Positions 28,096 to 38,216 of a stretch of 64,000 bases of DNA are shown in pieces. A model generated the notes under the pieces. It was not told where the DNA came from. It saw only the letters and a list, made by a program, of their open reading frames with translations, and made no database searches. The stretch is taken from the NCBI GenBank assembly GCA_032117235.1, contig JAULZW010000005.1, positions 31,264-95,263 on the forward strand, in the 5' to 3' direction. A program made the position numbers and the translations under genes. The DNA is from Minisyncoccota bacterium (GTDB lineage: Bacteria; Patescibacteriota; Minisyncoccia; SW-4-49-11). Within the stretch, counting starts at the first letter, position 1, and each line of letters begins with the position of its first letter.

Positions 28096-28146
28096 AAATA
28101 TAAAAATATGATATTATTTTTATATATTAATATAATATCATATAAT

Positions 28147-28386
28147 ATGAGTAAAAAACTATTAGAAAAATACCCAAATCATAAAGAATTTATCTACAAG
28201 ACTGAAATCATAACAAGATATGTTTTTAAAGCTATGATTATGTTGGTGGCTGTTACATTGGTCTTATATCAAGTATTATTTGCACTATCATATCTTGGTC
28301 TAAGCTCGTATCAAGAATATAAGCAAGAACAGCAACAAAATAAGCAACAAAAAGCTTTAGAAAAACTACAAGGAGATAAGAAATAA
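28147..28386 (+). CDS. small membrane protein, hypothetical
   Basis: One predicted TM helix and a Gln/Lys-rich tail. Followed by a terminator hairpin. Confidence 0.3.
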   Translation: MSKKLLEKYPNHKEFIYKTEIITRYVFKAMIMLVAVTLVLYQVLFALSYLGLSSYQEYKQEQQQNKQQKALEKLQGDKK

Positions 28387-28417
28387 TAATAGTCTGCTTT
28401 AGTTTTACTATAATAAA

Positions 28418-28440
28418 AGCCGGTAAATCCGGTTTTTATT
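28418..28440 (+). terminator. rho-independent terminator
   Basis: agccgg-taaat-ccgguu stem-loop followed by UUUUAUU. Confidence 0.45.
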
Positions 28441-28502
28441 GTAAATATATTTAATATAGTATAAACTAAATATAGGTTAACAAATTATATTTTTATTTAA
28501 AT

Positions 28503-29564
28503 ATGAACATCATAGAATTTAAGTCTGAGTTTCAGTCTGTATTGGCACAAGCTATTGAATATAAATTTGAAGAATATAGTGCATATACTAAAGACGCAGA
28601 AATCTTAGACATTATCAGTTACGCTAAGTCTATTATAGGTGGTGGCAAATGTATTCGTCCCTATATGGCATATACCTTGTATGAAACTTTAGGATGCGAC
28701 AACAGAGAAACTATTATGGATTTATTGGTCTCTCTGGAAATTTTTCATGCCTTTGCACTGATACATGACGATGTTATTGATGAGGGTAAACTGCGTCACA
28801 AAGTAGATACTGTGCATACTTTTGTATCTAAAAGAATACAAAAAGATCACAGAAGCTTTAAAAATAGGGTTCACTATGGTAATTCACAAGCTATATTAGT
28901 AGGTGATCTATTATTCTCATGGGCAATTAGTAGATTTCATAAATTCAGTTATTTACCGCATTATAATGAAGCTTGGAAGGTTTTTTATACAATGATAGAT
29001 GAGGTAGCTATAGGACAAATGATAGATGTGAATGTAATTACTAGAGATAAAATTAGCTCTCAACTTATAGAAACTAAAATGAGACTAAAAACAGCTGGAT
29101 ATACTTTTGTAAGACCAATGCAAATCGGAGTGACTTTAGCTGGAAAGGAAAAAGAGCTAACAAAATTTTGTTTAGATTTCGGAATAGCTCTGGGACTTGC
29201 TTTTCAGACACAAGATGATATTCTGGATATTATTGCTGACCCAAAAACAATTAAAAAATCTATTCTGTCCGATATAAGAGAACATCAACATACTTTTTTG
29301 ACCCAATATGTATTGGATAATGGGACAGACGAAGACGTTTTAGAGTTAGAGAAGTATTGGGGTAACTCTGAAATTACTGATAATGATCAAGTTGCTATTG
29401 TTAATCTTTTTGAAAAGACTGGGGCTTTATCATATACTAGATCAAAAGTACAAGAATATTTAGCCCAGGCTAAACAAATTACTATAGAGGAGACAAATAT
29501 TACAGATAAAACCAAACTGGCATTGAATCAATTGATTAAGTATATTGAGGATAGGGGATATTAA
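28503..29564 (+). CDS. trans-polyprenyl diphosphate synthase (GGPP/FPP synthase-like)
   Basis: First aspartate-rich motif LIHDDVIDEG and second motif FQTQDDILD. Confidence 0.8.
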   Translation: MNIIEFKSEFQSVLAQAIEYKFEEYSAYTKDAEILDIISYAKSIIGGGKCIRPYMAYTLYETLGCDNRETIMDLLVSLEIFHAFALIHDDVIDEGKLRHKVDTVHTFVSKRIQKDHRSFKNRVHYGNSQAILVGDLLFSWAISRFHKFSYLPHYNEAWKVFYTMIDEVAIGQMIDVNVITRDKISSQLIETKMRLKTAGYTFVRPMQIGVTLAGKEKELTKFCLDFGIALGLAFQTQDDILDIIADPKTIKKSILSDIREHQHTFLTQYVLDNGTDEDVLELEKYWGNSEITDNDQVAIVNLFEKTGALSYTRSKVQEYLAQAKQITIEETNITDKTKLALNQLIKYIEDRGY

Positions 29565-29568
29565 AAAT

Positions 29569-30423
29569 ATGGATAAACATACTCAAGCAGTAGAGTCTAT
29601 AACTAAACAATTTGGAACTAGTTACTATTTTGCGACTAGGTTCTTACCTCTTGATTTGAGACAAGCAACATATGCGCTATATAGTTTTTTTCGTATTCCA
29701 GATGAAATTGTAGATAACTCTAGTTATTATGCAGAAGAAGATATTTTAATTGAACTAGAAGATTGGATGCAAATGTGGCAAAAAGCTTATTTGGGTGAAG
29801 CAACAGTATATCCAATCTTAGACTTAACAGCTAAAGTTTTTAATAAATATAATATCCCTTATCAATATAGCTTAGATTTTTTAGATGCAATGAAGCAAGA
29901 TGTCTATGTTTCAAGATATGAGACATATAAAAATTTACAGGAATATATGTATGGATCGGCTTCAGTAGTCGGTCTAATGATGAGTTATATCATAGGTTTC
30001 AACAATAAAAAAGCCTTAGATTATGCTCCATATTTGGGTGAAGCTATGCAACTAACTAATTTTATTAGAGATATAGGAGAGGATTATAAAGATAGAGGTA
30101 GAATTTATTTACCGCAGGAAGATATGAATAAATATAATGTAAAAGAAAAAGATATCAAAGAGAATAAGGTTACTTCAGCCTTTGTTGATTTAATGAAATT
30201 TGAAATTCAAAGAGCGCGTAGCCTATATAGGAAGTCTGATAAAGGTCTTAAATATCTTAATAAAAGAGGTAGGTTTTCGGTAATAATGGCAAGCCGGATG
30301 TATGAGGCTATTTTAGATAAAGTAGAACAAAATAACTATGATGTCTTAACGAAAAGAGCCAGAACATCGAAGAGAGAAAAAATATATATACTAGGTAAGT
30401 CTGCTCTAGAGTACGGATTTTAA
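29569..30423 (+). CDS. squalene/phytoene synthase family enzyme (CrtB/CrtM/HpnD-like)
   Basis: Conserved block YALYSFFRIPDEIVD, plus the second Asp-rich region and the RAR...YRKSD region typical of the family. Confidence 0.7.
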   Translation: MDKHTQAVESITKQFGTSYYFATRFLPLDLRQATYALYSFFRIPDEIVDNSSYYAEEDILIELEDWMQMWQKAYLGEATVYPILDLTAKVFNKYNIPYQYSLDFLDAMKQDVYVSRYETYKNLQEYMYGSASVVGLMMSYIIGFNNKKALDYAPYLGEAMQLTNFIRDIGEDYKDRGRIYLPQEDMNKYNVKEKDIKENKVTSAFVDLMKFEIQRARSLYRKSDKGLKYLNKRGRFSVIMASRMYEAILDKVEQNNYDVLTKRARTSKREKIYILGKSALEYGF

Positions 30424-30494
30424 GGATTGATTTTTGTATTTGAATATACTTAATCTATATGATATAATTAATTTAATATTAAATAATAAGTAAT

Positions 30495-31568
30495 ATGGCA
30501 AAGAATAAATCCAAATCTACAGACAATGTTAGTAAGAGTGATAAAATACAATCAGTATTAGAAGATATCAAAAGTAAATTCGGAGATGAGTCCATGATGA
30601 AGTTGGGTGATGTTAAGAAAGTTGATATAAAGGCTTACTCAACAGGTTCTATATCCCTTGATAGAGCTCTTGGAATTGGAGGAATGCCACAAGGTAGAAT
30701 TATAGAAATTTATGGGCCAGAATCTAGTGGTAAAACTACTATTTGTTTGCAAGTTATTGCTAATGCTCAGAAAGAAGGAGGTGTTGCAGCCTTTATCGAT
30801 ACAGAACATGCGCTAGACCCTGAATATGCGAAAAAATTAAAAGTTAATACTAATGATTTATTGATTTCACAACCTAATACTGGAGAAGAAGCTTTATCCA
30901 TTGTAGAGGCATTAGTGCATTCTGGTAATGTAGATATTATTGTATTAGATTCAGTAGCTGCTATTGTTCCTAAGGCAGAAATTGAAGGAGATATGGGAGA
31001 TTCTCATGTCGCAATTCAAGCAAGATTAATGTCTCAAGCTCTCCGTAAATTAACTGCAATTTCCGCAAAAGCTAATACTACAATTGTTTTCACCAATCAA
31101 ACTCGTATGAAAATTGGAATGATGGGATATGGTAGTCCGGTAGAAACTCCTGGAGGAAAAGCTTTAAAATTTTATGCTTCAGTTAGAATAGAAATTAAAA
31201 GAGTAGCTCAAATTAAGAAAGGAGAAGAAGTTATAGGAGCTAGAACTAAAGCAAAAATTGTCAAAAACAAAGTTGCAGCACCGTTCAAAGTTGCTGAATT
31301 TGATATTATGTATAATGAAGGAGTGTCTCTTGAGACAGATCTCATTAATTTAGCTCTTAAAGTAGGTGTTTTGAAGAAAAAAGGAACATATATCCAAGAT
31401 TTAGATGGCAATACTTTAGGTCAGGGACTGGAGTCAGCTAGAAAAAGTTTAAGAGATAATCCTGAGCTATTGCAACAATTATATTCTGATGTCTTGGCTA
31501 AAGAAGATGCTAATATCGAGGGGTCTGATACAATTGATAGCGTTGTTACTAATCAGCTTGAGGATTAA
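30495..31568 (+). CDS. recA: recombinase RecA
   Basis: Walker [10 protein letters not shown] and RecA loop regions. 357 aa. Confidence 0.95.
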   Translation: MAKNKSKSTDNVSKSDKIQSVLEDIKSKFGDESMMKLGDVKKVDIKAYSTGSISLDRALGIGGMPQGRIIEIYGPESSGKTTICLQVIANAQKEGGVAAFIDTEHALDPEYAKKLKVNTNDLLISQPNTGEEALSIVEALVHSGNVDIIVLDSVAAIVPKAEIEGDMGDSHVAIQARLMSQALRKLTAISAKANTTIVFTNQTRMKIGMMGYGSPVETPGGKALKFYASVRIEIKRVAQIKKGEEVIGARTKAKIVKNKVAAPFKVAEFDIMYNEGVSLETDLINLALKVGVLKKKGTYIQDLDGNTLGQGLESARKSLRDNPELLQQLYSDVLAKEDANIEGSDTIDSVVTNQLED

Positions 31569-31570
31569 TT

Positions 31571-32329
31571 ATGGCTTACACCTTAGTTTTAATGCGACAT
31601 GGAGAAAGTTTATGGAATCAATTGGATAAATTTACTGGTTGGACAGATGTAGAGTTGTCTGACAAAGGTATTCAAGAAGCAAAAGCAGCAGGTTTAGTAT
31701 TGTTTCAAAATGGATTTGAATTTGATTTTGCATATACTTCCGTATTGGACAGAGCTATAGATACCTTGCAATATGTCTTAGAAGGAGCTCATATGACTTG
31801 GATTCCAGTTACAAAAGACTGGCACCTTAATGAAAGGCATTATGGAGGCTTACAGGGTAAAAATAAAGATGAAGCTGTAGATGAATTCGGTGAGTATCAA
31901 GTGAAAGTTTGGAGAAGGACATTTGCTATTAAGCCTCCATTGCTATCAGAATATGACTCTAGATATCCTGCTAATGATGATAGATATACTAACATACCAA
32001 CAGAACAGTTGCCTATTGGGGAATCTCTTAAAGATACTTTAGATAGAGTGCATCCGTATTGGGAGACAGAATTAAAGCCAGCTATTCTTTCTGGAAAAAG
32101 GCTTATTATATCAGCTCATGGCAATAGTTTAAGAGCTTTATTGAAGTTTTTAGAAAATATTTCAGATAAAAAAATTATTGATATAGAAATACCAACTGGT
32201 AATCCATTAATATATGAACTAGAAGAGAATACTTTAAAGGTTTTAAAAAAGTATTATTTAATGGGTAATACAATTAAAAATAATAAAAATATATTTAGTA
32301 AATTTAAATCTATTTTTAAATTAAATTAA
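31571..32329 (+). CDS. gpmA: 2,3-bisphosphoglycerate-dependent phosphoglycerate mutase
   Basis: Histidine phosphatase motif LMRHGESLWN, and a second His region ISAHGNSLRAL. Confidence 0.85.
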   Translation: MAYTLVLMRHGESLWNQLDKFTGWTDVELSDKGIQEAKAAGLVLFQNGFEFDFAYTSVLDRAIDTLQYVLEGAHMTWIPVTKDWHLNERHYGGLQGKNKDEAVDEFGEYQVKVWRRTFAIKPPLLSEYDSRYPANDDRYTNIPTEQLPIGESLKDTLDRVHPYWETELKPAILSGKRLIISAHGNSLRALLKFLENISDKKIIDIEIPTGNPLIYELEENTLKVLKKYYLMGNTIKNNKNIFSKFKSIFKLN

Positions 32330-32332
32330 ATT

Positions 32333-33013
32333 ATGTCAAAAATTATTTTAGTAAGACATGGAGATAGTCAATGGGACCAAGAAAATAGATATATAGGTTG
32401 GATAGATGTTCCTTTATTAGAACAAAGGGATGAATTAAAAAAAATTGGGAACACATTACTTAATAATAACACAGATATAGACATAATTATTACTTCAGTG
32501 CTAGAAAGATCAATTGTCAGTGCTTGGACTATTATGAACAGTATGTATCATTCCTGGATTCCAGAAATACATGACTGGAGATTAAACCCAAGACATTATG
32601 GAGTAATACAAGGTTTAACTTATCAAGATGTATTGGTAAAATATAATAATATTAACGAAATTAATCTGAGTTGGGATAAAACTGTTAGCCCAATTACATT
32701 AGATGATAAAAGTCATCCTAAGTATGATAGAAGATATGCTACTATATCGCCAGAGAGTTTACCTTCTGTGGAAAGTTTAAAGGATGTTTATGAAAGGGTG
32801 GAGAGTTTCATTGTAGATACATTATTACCTATTTTGTCTAGAAATGAGAATATTCTAATTGTAGCCCATCATGATAGTATAAGATCTATATTAAAATATT
32901 TTGAAAAATTATCGATTGAAGATACTATTAAATTTAATATTAATCCTTCTCAAGCTATAGTAATAAATTATGATTATAATACGGGCTTATCTACACAGAC
33001 AGTATTTGAATAG
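32333..33013 (+). CDS. histidine-phosphatase (dPGM-like) paralogue, divergent
   Basis: LVRHGDSQWDQENRYIGW and VAHHDSIRSI. It lies directly downstream of gpmA. Confidence 0.7.
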   Translation: MSKIILVRHGDSQWDQENRYIGWIDVPLLEQRDELKKIGNTLLNNNTDIDIIITSVLERSIVSAWTIMNSMYHSWIPEIHDWRLNPRHYGVIQGLTYQDVLVKYNNINEINLSWDKTVSPITLDDKSHPKYDRRYATISPESLPSVESLKDVYERVESFIVDTLLPILSRNENILIVAHHDSIRSILKYFEKLSIEDTIKFNINPSQAIVINYDYNTGLSTQTVFE

Positions 33014-33070
33014 TTAGATTACATCTAAAATTAATATGTGATATAATTTCCTAATTAAACAGTTAATATT

Positions 33071-36049
33071 ATGTATAACCACAGAACTATTGAACAAAAA
33101 TGGATTAAAAAATGGGCTGAAGGCTTTGTAGATTATAGGGTTGACAATGCTTCAGATAAAGAAAGTAAATATATTTTAGTTGAATTCCCTTTTCCTTCAG
33201 GTGCTGGACTTCATGTAGGACATATCCGTAGCTATGTAGCACAGGATATAAAGGCAAGAATGTATCGTATGCAGGGACAAAATGTACTTTATCCTCTAGG
33301 CTGGGATGCTTTTGGGCTACCAACAGAAAATTATGCTATTCAGAATAATATATCTCCTGTTATTGCAACAGAAAATAATATTAATACCTTCAAAAAACAA
33401 TTAGCATTATTAGGATTATCTTTTGATTGGAGTCGTGAAATTAATACTACTGATCCACAATATTATCGCTGGACGCAATGGATATGGCTACAAATGTATA
33501 AAGCTGGACTTGCTTATCAAGATACCACTAAGGTTTGGTGGTGTGATGAATTAAAAACTGTTCTTGCTAATGAAGAGGTTATTGATGGGAAATCAGAGCG
33601 TGGGGGATATCCTTGTGAGAGAGTGTCCTTAACACAATGGATGTTAGCAATTACCAAATATGCAGATAGATTGGATAAAGATTTAGATACTGTTGATTAT
33701 TTGCCCATTATCAAAACACAACAGAGAAATTGGATTGGTCGTAGTGAGGGAGTTCAATTAAAATTCCAAATTCTAGACTCAGATGCGTCTGTGGAAGTCT
33801 TTACTACTCGAATAGATACCGTATTTGGCGTTACCTTTTTGGTATTAGCACCAGAAAATCCAATTTTAGATAATATTGTAACAACAGAGTATAAGGAGGT
33901 AATACAAGCCTATCAAAAGCAAACGAAATCTAAAAGTGATTTAGATCGTCAGCAAGAAAAAGAAAAAACTGGAGTCTTTACGGGAACTTATGCTCTACAT
34001 CCATTAACAGGGGAGCAAATTCCTATTTGGACTGCCGATTATATATTAATGAATTATGGAACTGGAGCCGTAATGGCAGTACCTGCTCATGATGAGAGAG
34101 ACAGAGAATTTGCTGAAAAATTTGAATTACCTATTAAACAGGTAATTGCTGAATATGCTACTCTTACAGGGCAAGATGCTCCAAAGAGTGATGAAAATAT
34201 TATTAAGTTTGATGCAGCAACTGTAATTGTTAAACATTGGGAAGAAGAATTATATTATGTAATACAATTTAATGATGGACGAAATGGTTTTGTCGGGGGA
34301 CATGTTGAATTAGGTGAGACAACAGAAGAAACTGCAATTCGTGAGACGGCAGAAGAATCTAGATATGTAGATATTAAAAAGATTGAGCAGCTTATTGAGC
34401 ATGTATATAGTCGTGGTTATAAACATCGTAAATTGAGAGAGGAAGAATGTCATGATTCTCTATTTGTAGTAACATTAGGTAGTGACAAACAATTAGAGGT
34501 GATTGATGAGGAGACACAAAAAGGCCGTTGGGTGACTGCAGAAGAAATTATTAAATCAAGACTAGTAGATGACATATATCTATTCCAAACTTTTTTTGAA
34601 TATTATCTTAATCAAAAACCATTTACAGGGTATGGAAAACTTGTAAATTCAGATCAATTTGATGGATTATTCTCAGAAGAAGCTAAAGAATCACTTATTA
34701 CTATATTAGAAGAGAAAAATATCGGGCAAAGAAAAATTCAATATAAACTCCGAGATTGGGTATTCTCACGTCAGCGCTATTGGGGAGAACCTTTCCCTAT
34801 TGTTTGGATTAGCGAACAGTCCTATGGGCAAATATCAGATGAAATTACTGAGTTTCTACCAGCAAATCCTGTTACTCGACAAAAAAATAATAATACGGAA
34901 TATGCGGCTCCCTTGGCTCCTACAGAATTACCTCTCGAATTACCAGAAGTAGAATCATATATTCCACAAGGTTTGGGAGAAGGTCCTTTAGCTCAAACTA
35001 AAGATTGGGTAGAGATTTGGTATCATATTGAAACAGGAAAAACACTATCTCGTAGTGAAACTAAACCCGATGAGAATTGGGTAGAGGGTGTTAGAGAAAC
35101 TGATACTATGCCCAATTGGGCAGGAAGCTCTTGGTATTATCTTAGATATGCTGACCCTCATAATACTCAAGAATTAGCAAGCAAAGCTGCTTTAAAGCAA
35201 TGGCTACCAGTGGACTTATATAATGGGGGTATGGAGCAGGTAACTGTACATTTACTCTATTCTAGGTTTTGGCATAAATTCCTCTATGATATTGGTGTAG
35301 TCCCTACAATAGAGCCCTATCAGAAGCGCATTGCTCATGGAATGATTTTGGCTGAAGGAGGAGTTAAAATGTCAAAATCCAAAGGTAATACCGTGGATCC
35401 GGTAGAAATGGTAGAGTCATTTGGAGCAGATGCTCTCAGAATTTATGAGATGTTTATGGGACCTTATGATGAGGCAATTGCTTGGGATACAAGTGGTCTT
35501 ATTGGATGTAGTCGATTTTTGAAGCGAGTATATCAGTGGATTATGGATATGCAAACTCAAACATTAGAAAAAGCCGTAGACACAATCAAATTAGATTATG
35601 ATACCCATTTATTGATACGTAAAATTACTGAAGATATTGAAAATCAAAAATATAATACCTGTATTAGTAGTTTAATGGAATATCTCAATACCTATATTAA
35701 TAAAGATATTGGTATTGAGTATATTAAGATATATATTACTCTCTTAGCTCCATTTGCTCCACATATTGCGGAAGAATTATGGGAAATATTAGGGGAGAAA
35801 GAATCTGTGCATAAAGCTACTTGGCCACAATTTGATGAATCAAAATTAATTCAGACAGAAGTAGATTATCAAATTCATATTAATGGAAAAATGCGAGATA
35901 TTATTACCGTTAATGCGGAATTAGACAATGAGGCTATTCAACAAAAAGCTTTGGAATCATATAAAGTAAGTACTATTATCACGGATAAAAATACTATTAA
36001 GAAAATTATAGTAAATCAAACTAAAAAAATAGTTATAATTATAAGTTAG
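33071..36049 (+). CDS. leuS: leucyl-tRNA synthetase carrying an inserted Nudix hydrolase domain
   Basis: HVGH (HIGH) and KMSKS motifs. CP1 editing motifs TTRIDT (aa 247-252) and GTGAVMAVPAHDERD are intact. An extra domain of about 140 aa at aa 376-515 begins with a Nudix-type strand and carries the Nudix box GGHVELGETTEETAIRETAEESRY. Confidence 0.9.
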   Translation: MYNHRTIEQKWIKKWAEGFVDYRVDNASDKESKYILVEFPFPSGAGLHVGHIRSYVAQDIKARMYRMQGQNVLYPLGWDAFGLPTENYAIQNNISPVIATENNINTFKKQLALLGLSFDWSREINTTDPQYYRWTQWIWLQMYKAGLAYQDTTKVWWCDELKTVLANEEVIDGKSERGGYPCERVSLTQWMLAITKYADRLDKDLDTVDYLPIIKTQQRNWIGRSEGVQLKFQILDSDASVEVFTTRIDTVFGVTFLVLAPENPILDNIVTTEYKEVIQAYQKQTKSKSDLDRQQEKEKTGVFTGTYALHPLTGEQIPIWTADYILMNYGTGAVMAVPAHDERDREFAEKFELPIKQVIAEYATLTGQDAPKSDENIIKFDAATVIVKHWEEELYYVIQFNDGRNGFVGGHVELGETTEETAIRETAEESRYVDIKKIEQLIEHVYSRGYKHRKLREEECHDSLFVVTLGSDKQLEVIDEETQKGRWVTAEEIIKSRLVDDIYLFQTFFEYYLNQKPFTGYGKLVNSDQFDGLFSEEAKESLITILEEKNIGQRKIQYKLRDWVFSRQRYWGEPFPIVWISEQSYGQISDEITEFLPANPVTRQKNNNTEYAAPLAPTELPLELPEVESYIPQGLGEGPLAQTKDWVEIWYHIETGKTLSRSETKPDENWVEGVRETDTMPNWAGSSWYYLRYADPHNTQELASKAALKQWLPVDLYNGGMEQVTVHLLYSRFWHKFLYDIGVVPTIEPYQKRIAHGMILAEGGVKMSKSKGNTVDPVEMVESFGADALRIYEMFMGPYDEAIAWDTSGLIGCSRFLKRVYQWIMDMQTQTLEKAVDTIKLDYDTHLLIRKITEDIENQKYNTCISSLMEYLNTYINKDIGIEYIKIYITLLAPFAPHIAEELWEILGEKESVHKATWPQFDESKLIQTEVDYQIHINGKMRDIITVNAELDNEAIQQKALESYKVSTIITDKNTIKKIIVNQTKKIVIIIS

Positions 36050-36178
36050 TATTTTAGCGTGTTTCAATTAGTATAAATGGAAAATTACTACAAACTTAAA
36101 TTATAATTCCTACAGGAGATATGTGGGAATGTAGTAAAATATTGATATTATTGGCGTTGAGATATATTTAATTTTAAC

Positions 36179-37798
36179 TCATTCTTTATATCCCTTACGG
36201 ATATATTCGAGCACCATTCTTTGGGTGTTATAATAACTACCAATTAAAGATATTGCTGATCTTTGCATTTTGCTAAATTTATCCCTATCATTATAAAATA
36301 TATCAATAGCATTATTAATATTGTCATACATACTATTTATTTCTTGATATTCATCATTACCAGAAATTGTCCATCCATTTACATTATGAATTCCACTTTC
36401 TGGCCACCAACCATCATAAGTAGAAATATTCAAAACCCCATTTAATGAGGCTTTCATCCCACTTGTACCAGAGGCTTCATATGAAATTCTAGGTGTATTT
36501 AGCCATACATCAACTCCACTAACTAAAAGTTTAGCCATCTCTATACTATAATTTGGCAAATAAATTATTTTAAAATATTCATTATTATTTTCTTTTGCAA
36601 TAGTTAATATTCTTTTTATAATATCAAAGCCAACAATATCTGTATGATAAGCCTTACCGGCAAAAACTATATTTATACCTTTATATTTTTCAGCTAATTT
36701 CTTAAGGCGCTCTATATCTGAAAAAATCAAATGAGCTCTTTTATATTCTGTAGCTCTTCTGGCAAAACCAATGGTAAAGGCATCGGGTAAAAAGTCTATA
36801 TTGGGTTGAGCTTGTAAATATTTAGCGAAAATATCTTTATTAACTTGATGTGCTTCCTGAATTTCTTTTGCTGGAATTCCTTCAACATATCTCAAAATTT
36901 CTGGATGAATTTGCCAGCTTGGAAAATATGACTTTAATACTTTATCAATAGAATTAGAAACCCATGTAGGACTATGAATACCATTTGTAATATAATCTAT
37001 TGAATGTTCCGGGAACATCTCTTGCGATACTTCTTGATGTTTGGATGAAACAGCATTAGAATAATCAGCTAAAGTTAAAGCTAATCTAGTTAAATTGATA
37101 TTGTAATTATCCTCAAAAGCTTCTCTAGGTATTTTTTGTAACTGTTCTGGTTTACAAATATTCTGTAACCATTCTAATGGAAGTCTAGTATGTCCGCCTA
37201 AAAGTGGAGTATGAGTAGTGAAAACCACTTGGGCTATGGGGTGATTGATTTCAATAGCTATCAGTGCACTATGGCTTTCATTTAGATGAAAGGTACTAAT
37301 TTCGGTACACCCTAAGCTATCAAGTGCATATTTACTGCCCAAGCCTAAAACTAATAATTGTCGTCGAAATATTTCCGAGTCAGGAGAATATACCTTGTCA
37401 GACACAGATCTAAATTGCTCTGAATTTTCAGGTAAATCAGTATCTAATAATAATATAGAAACAGATTTGTTGGATAGTGGAGAAGTATAAATATATTCCC
37501 AAATATTTACCTTAACTATTTCATTAGCAAGTGGTATAGTTGTTTTTCCAATTAAATTCAGTATTTTAGTATAATCCCATTTTTGTGGAGTAGTAATCTG
37601 ACCATCCATATAATCCAGAGTTTGATCTAAATATCCATTTTTATACAAAATACCTACGCCTACTACAGGCAAACCAAGGTCAGCAAAGCTTTTCATTGTA
37701 TCTCCTGCTAATATTCCAAGTCCCCCTGTATATAACTTGACATCATCAGATAGGCCAAACTCCATACAAATATAAGCTATTTTGGGTATGTAATTCAT
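36179..37798 (-). CDS. glgP: alpha-glucan (glycogen/maltodextrin) phosphorylase, short GT35 form
   Basis: N-terminal block AYICMEFGL...GGLGILAGD and the PLP-lysine region EASGTSGMKASLNG. Confidence 0.85.
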   Translation of the reverse strand: MNYIPKIAYICMEFGLSDDVKLYTGGLGILAGDTMKSFADLGLPVVGVGILYKNGYLDQTLDYMDGQITTPQKWDYTKILNLIGKTTIPLANEIVKVNIWEYIYTSPLSNKSVSILLLDTDLPENSEQFRSVSDKVYSPDSEIFRRQLLVLGLGSKYALDSLGCTEISTFHLNESHSALIAIEINHPIAQVVFTTHTPLLGGHTRLPLEWLQNICKPEQLQKIPREAFEDNYNINLTRLALTLADYSNAVSSKHQEVSQEMFPEHSIDYITNGIHSPTWVSNSIDKVLKSYFPSWQIHPEILRYVEGIPAKEIQEAHQVNKDIFAKYLQAQPNIDFLPDAFTIGFARRATEYKRAHLIFSDIERLKKLAEKYKGINIVFAGKAYHTDIVGFDIIKRILTIAKENNNEYFKIIYLPNYSIEMAKLLVSGVDVWLNTPRISYEASGTSGMKASLNGVLNISTYDGWWPESGIHNVNGWTISGNDEYQEINSMYDNINNAIDIFYNDRDKFSKMQRSAISLIGSYYNTQRMVLEYIRKGYKE

Positions 37799-37850
37799 TT
37801 TTATTAATTTTAATATGATTATTTTTTAATAATAACACATTATCAAAAAT

Positions 37851-37877
37851 AAAAAAACCCCCAAATGGGGAGTTTTT
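37851..37877 (-). terminator. rho-independent terminator after rpmA (possibly bidirectional)
   Basis: ccccc-aaat-gggg hairpin flanked by an A-run and a T-run. Confidence 0.45.
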
Positions 37878-37906
37878 AAAGAATGATGTAAGTTAAGTTA
37901 AAAGTA

Positions 37907-38176
37907 TTATATGACAGAAACAGTTTTAACCATTTTTTTCTTTCCAGTAAAAGATGTTTTACGAGTGTCTTTAAATGCAATAACACCATTAGCTATAGAA
38001 TACAAAGTATCATCAGCTCCTCGGGCTACATTTGATCCAGGATAAAATTTGGTTCCTCTTTGTCTAATAATAATTTGTCCTTTTTCTACTTTTTGTCCAG
38101 CATATAATTTAACTCCAAGATATTTTGGATTTGAGTCTCGTCCTAATGCTGTAGAACCACCAGCTTTTCTATGTGC
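37907..38176 (-). CDS. rpmA: 50S ribosomal protein L27
   Basis: [24 protein letters not shown] matches the L27 N-terminus. The longer ORF-track start is an upstream extension. Not paired with rplU here. Confidence 0.85.
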   Translation of the reverse strand, partial: AHRKAGGSTALGRDSNPKYLGVKLYAGQKVEKGQIIIRQRGTKFYPGSNVARGADDTLYSIANGVIAFKDTRKTSFTGKKKMVKTVSVI

Positions 38177-38216
38177 CATATCGAATATTATTACTATATA
38201 TGATATAATAATACAT

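Noticed and set aside
33071-36049. Initial impression that LeuS had lost its CP1 editing domain and that the Nudix domain replaced it
   Set aside because: Residue counting shows TTRIDT at aa 247-252 and GTGAVMAVPAHDERD with the editing-site Asp at aa 344, spaced as in E. coli LeuS. CP1 is intact and the Nudix domain is an addition after it, not a replacement.
38049-38216. Long N-terminal extension of the 38049..38609 ORF overlapping rpmA antisense
   Set aside because: The first 56 codons are antisense to the highly conserved L27 gene. The internal Met at 38217 gives a TM-anchored protein with sensible spacing, so the extension is treated as an ORF-caller artefact.
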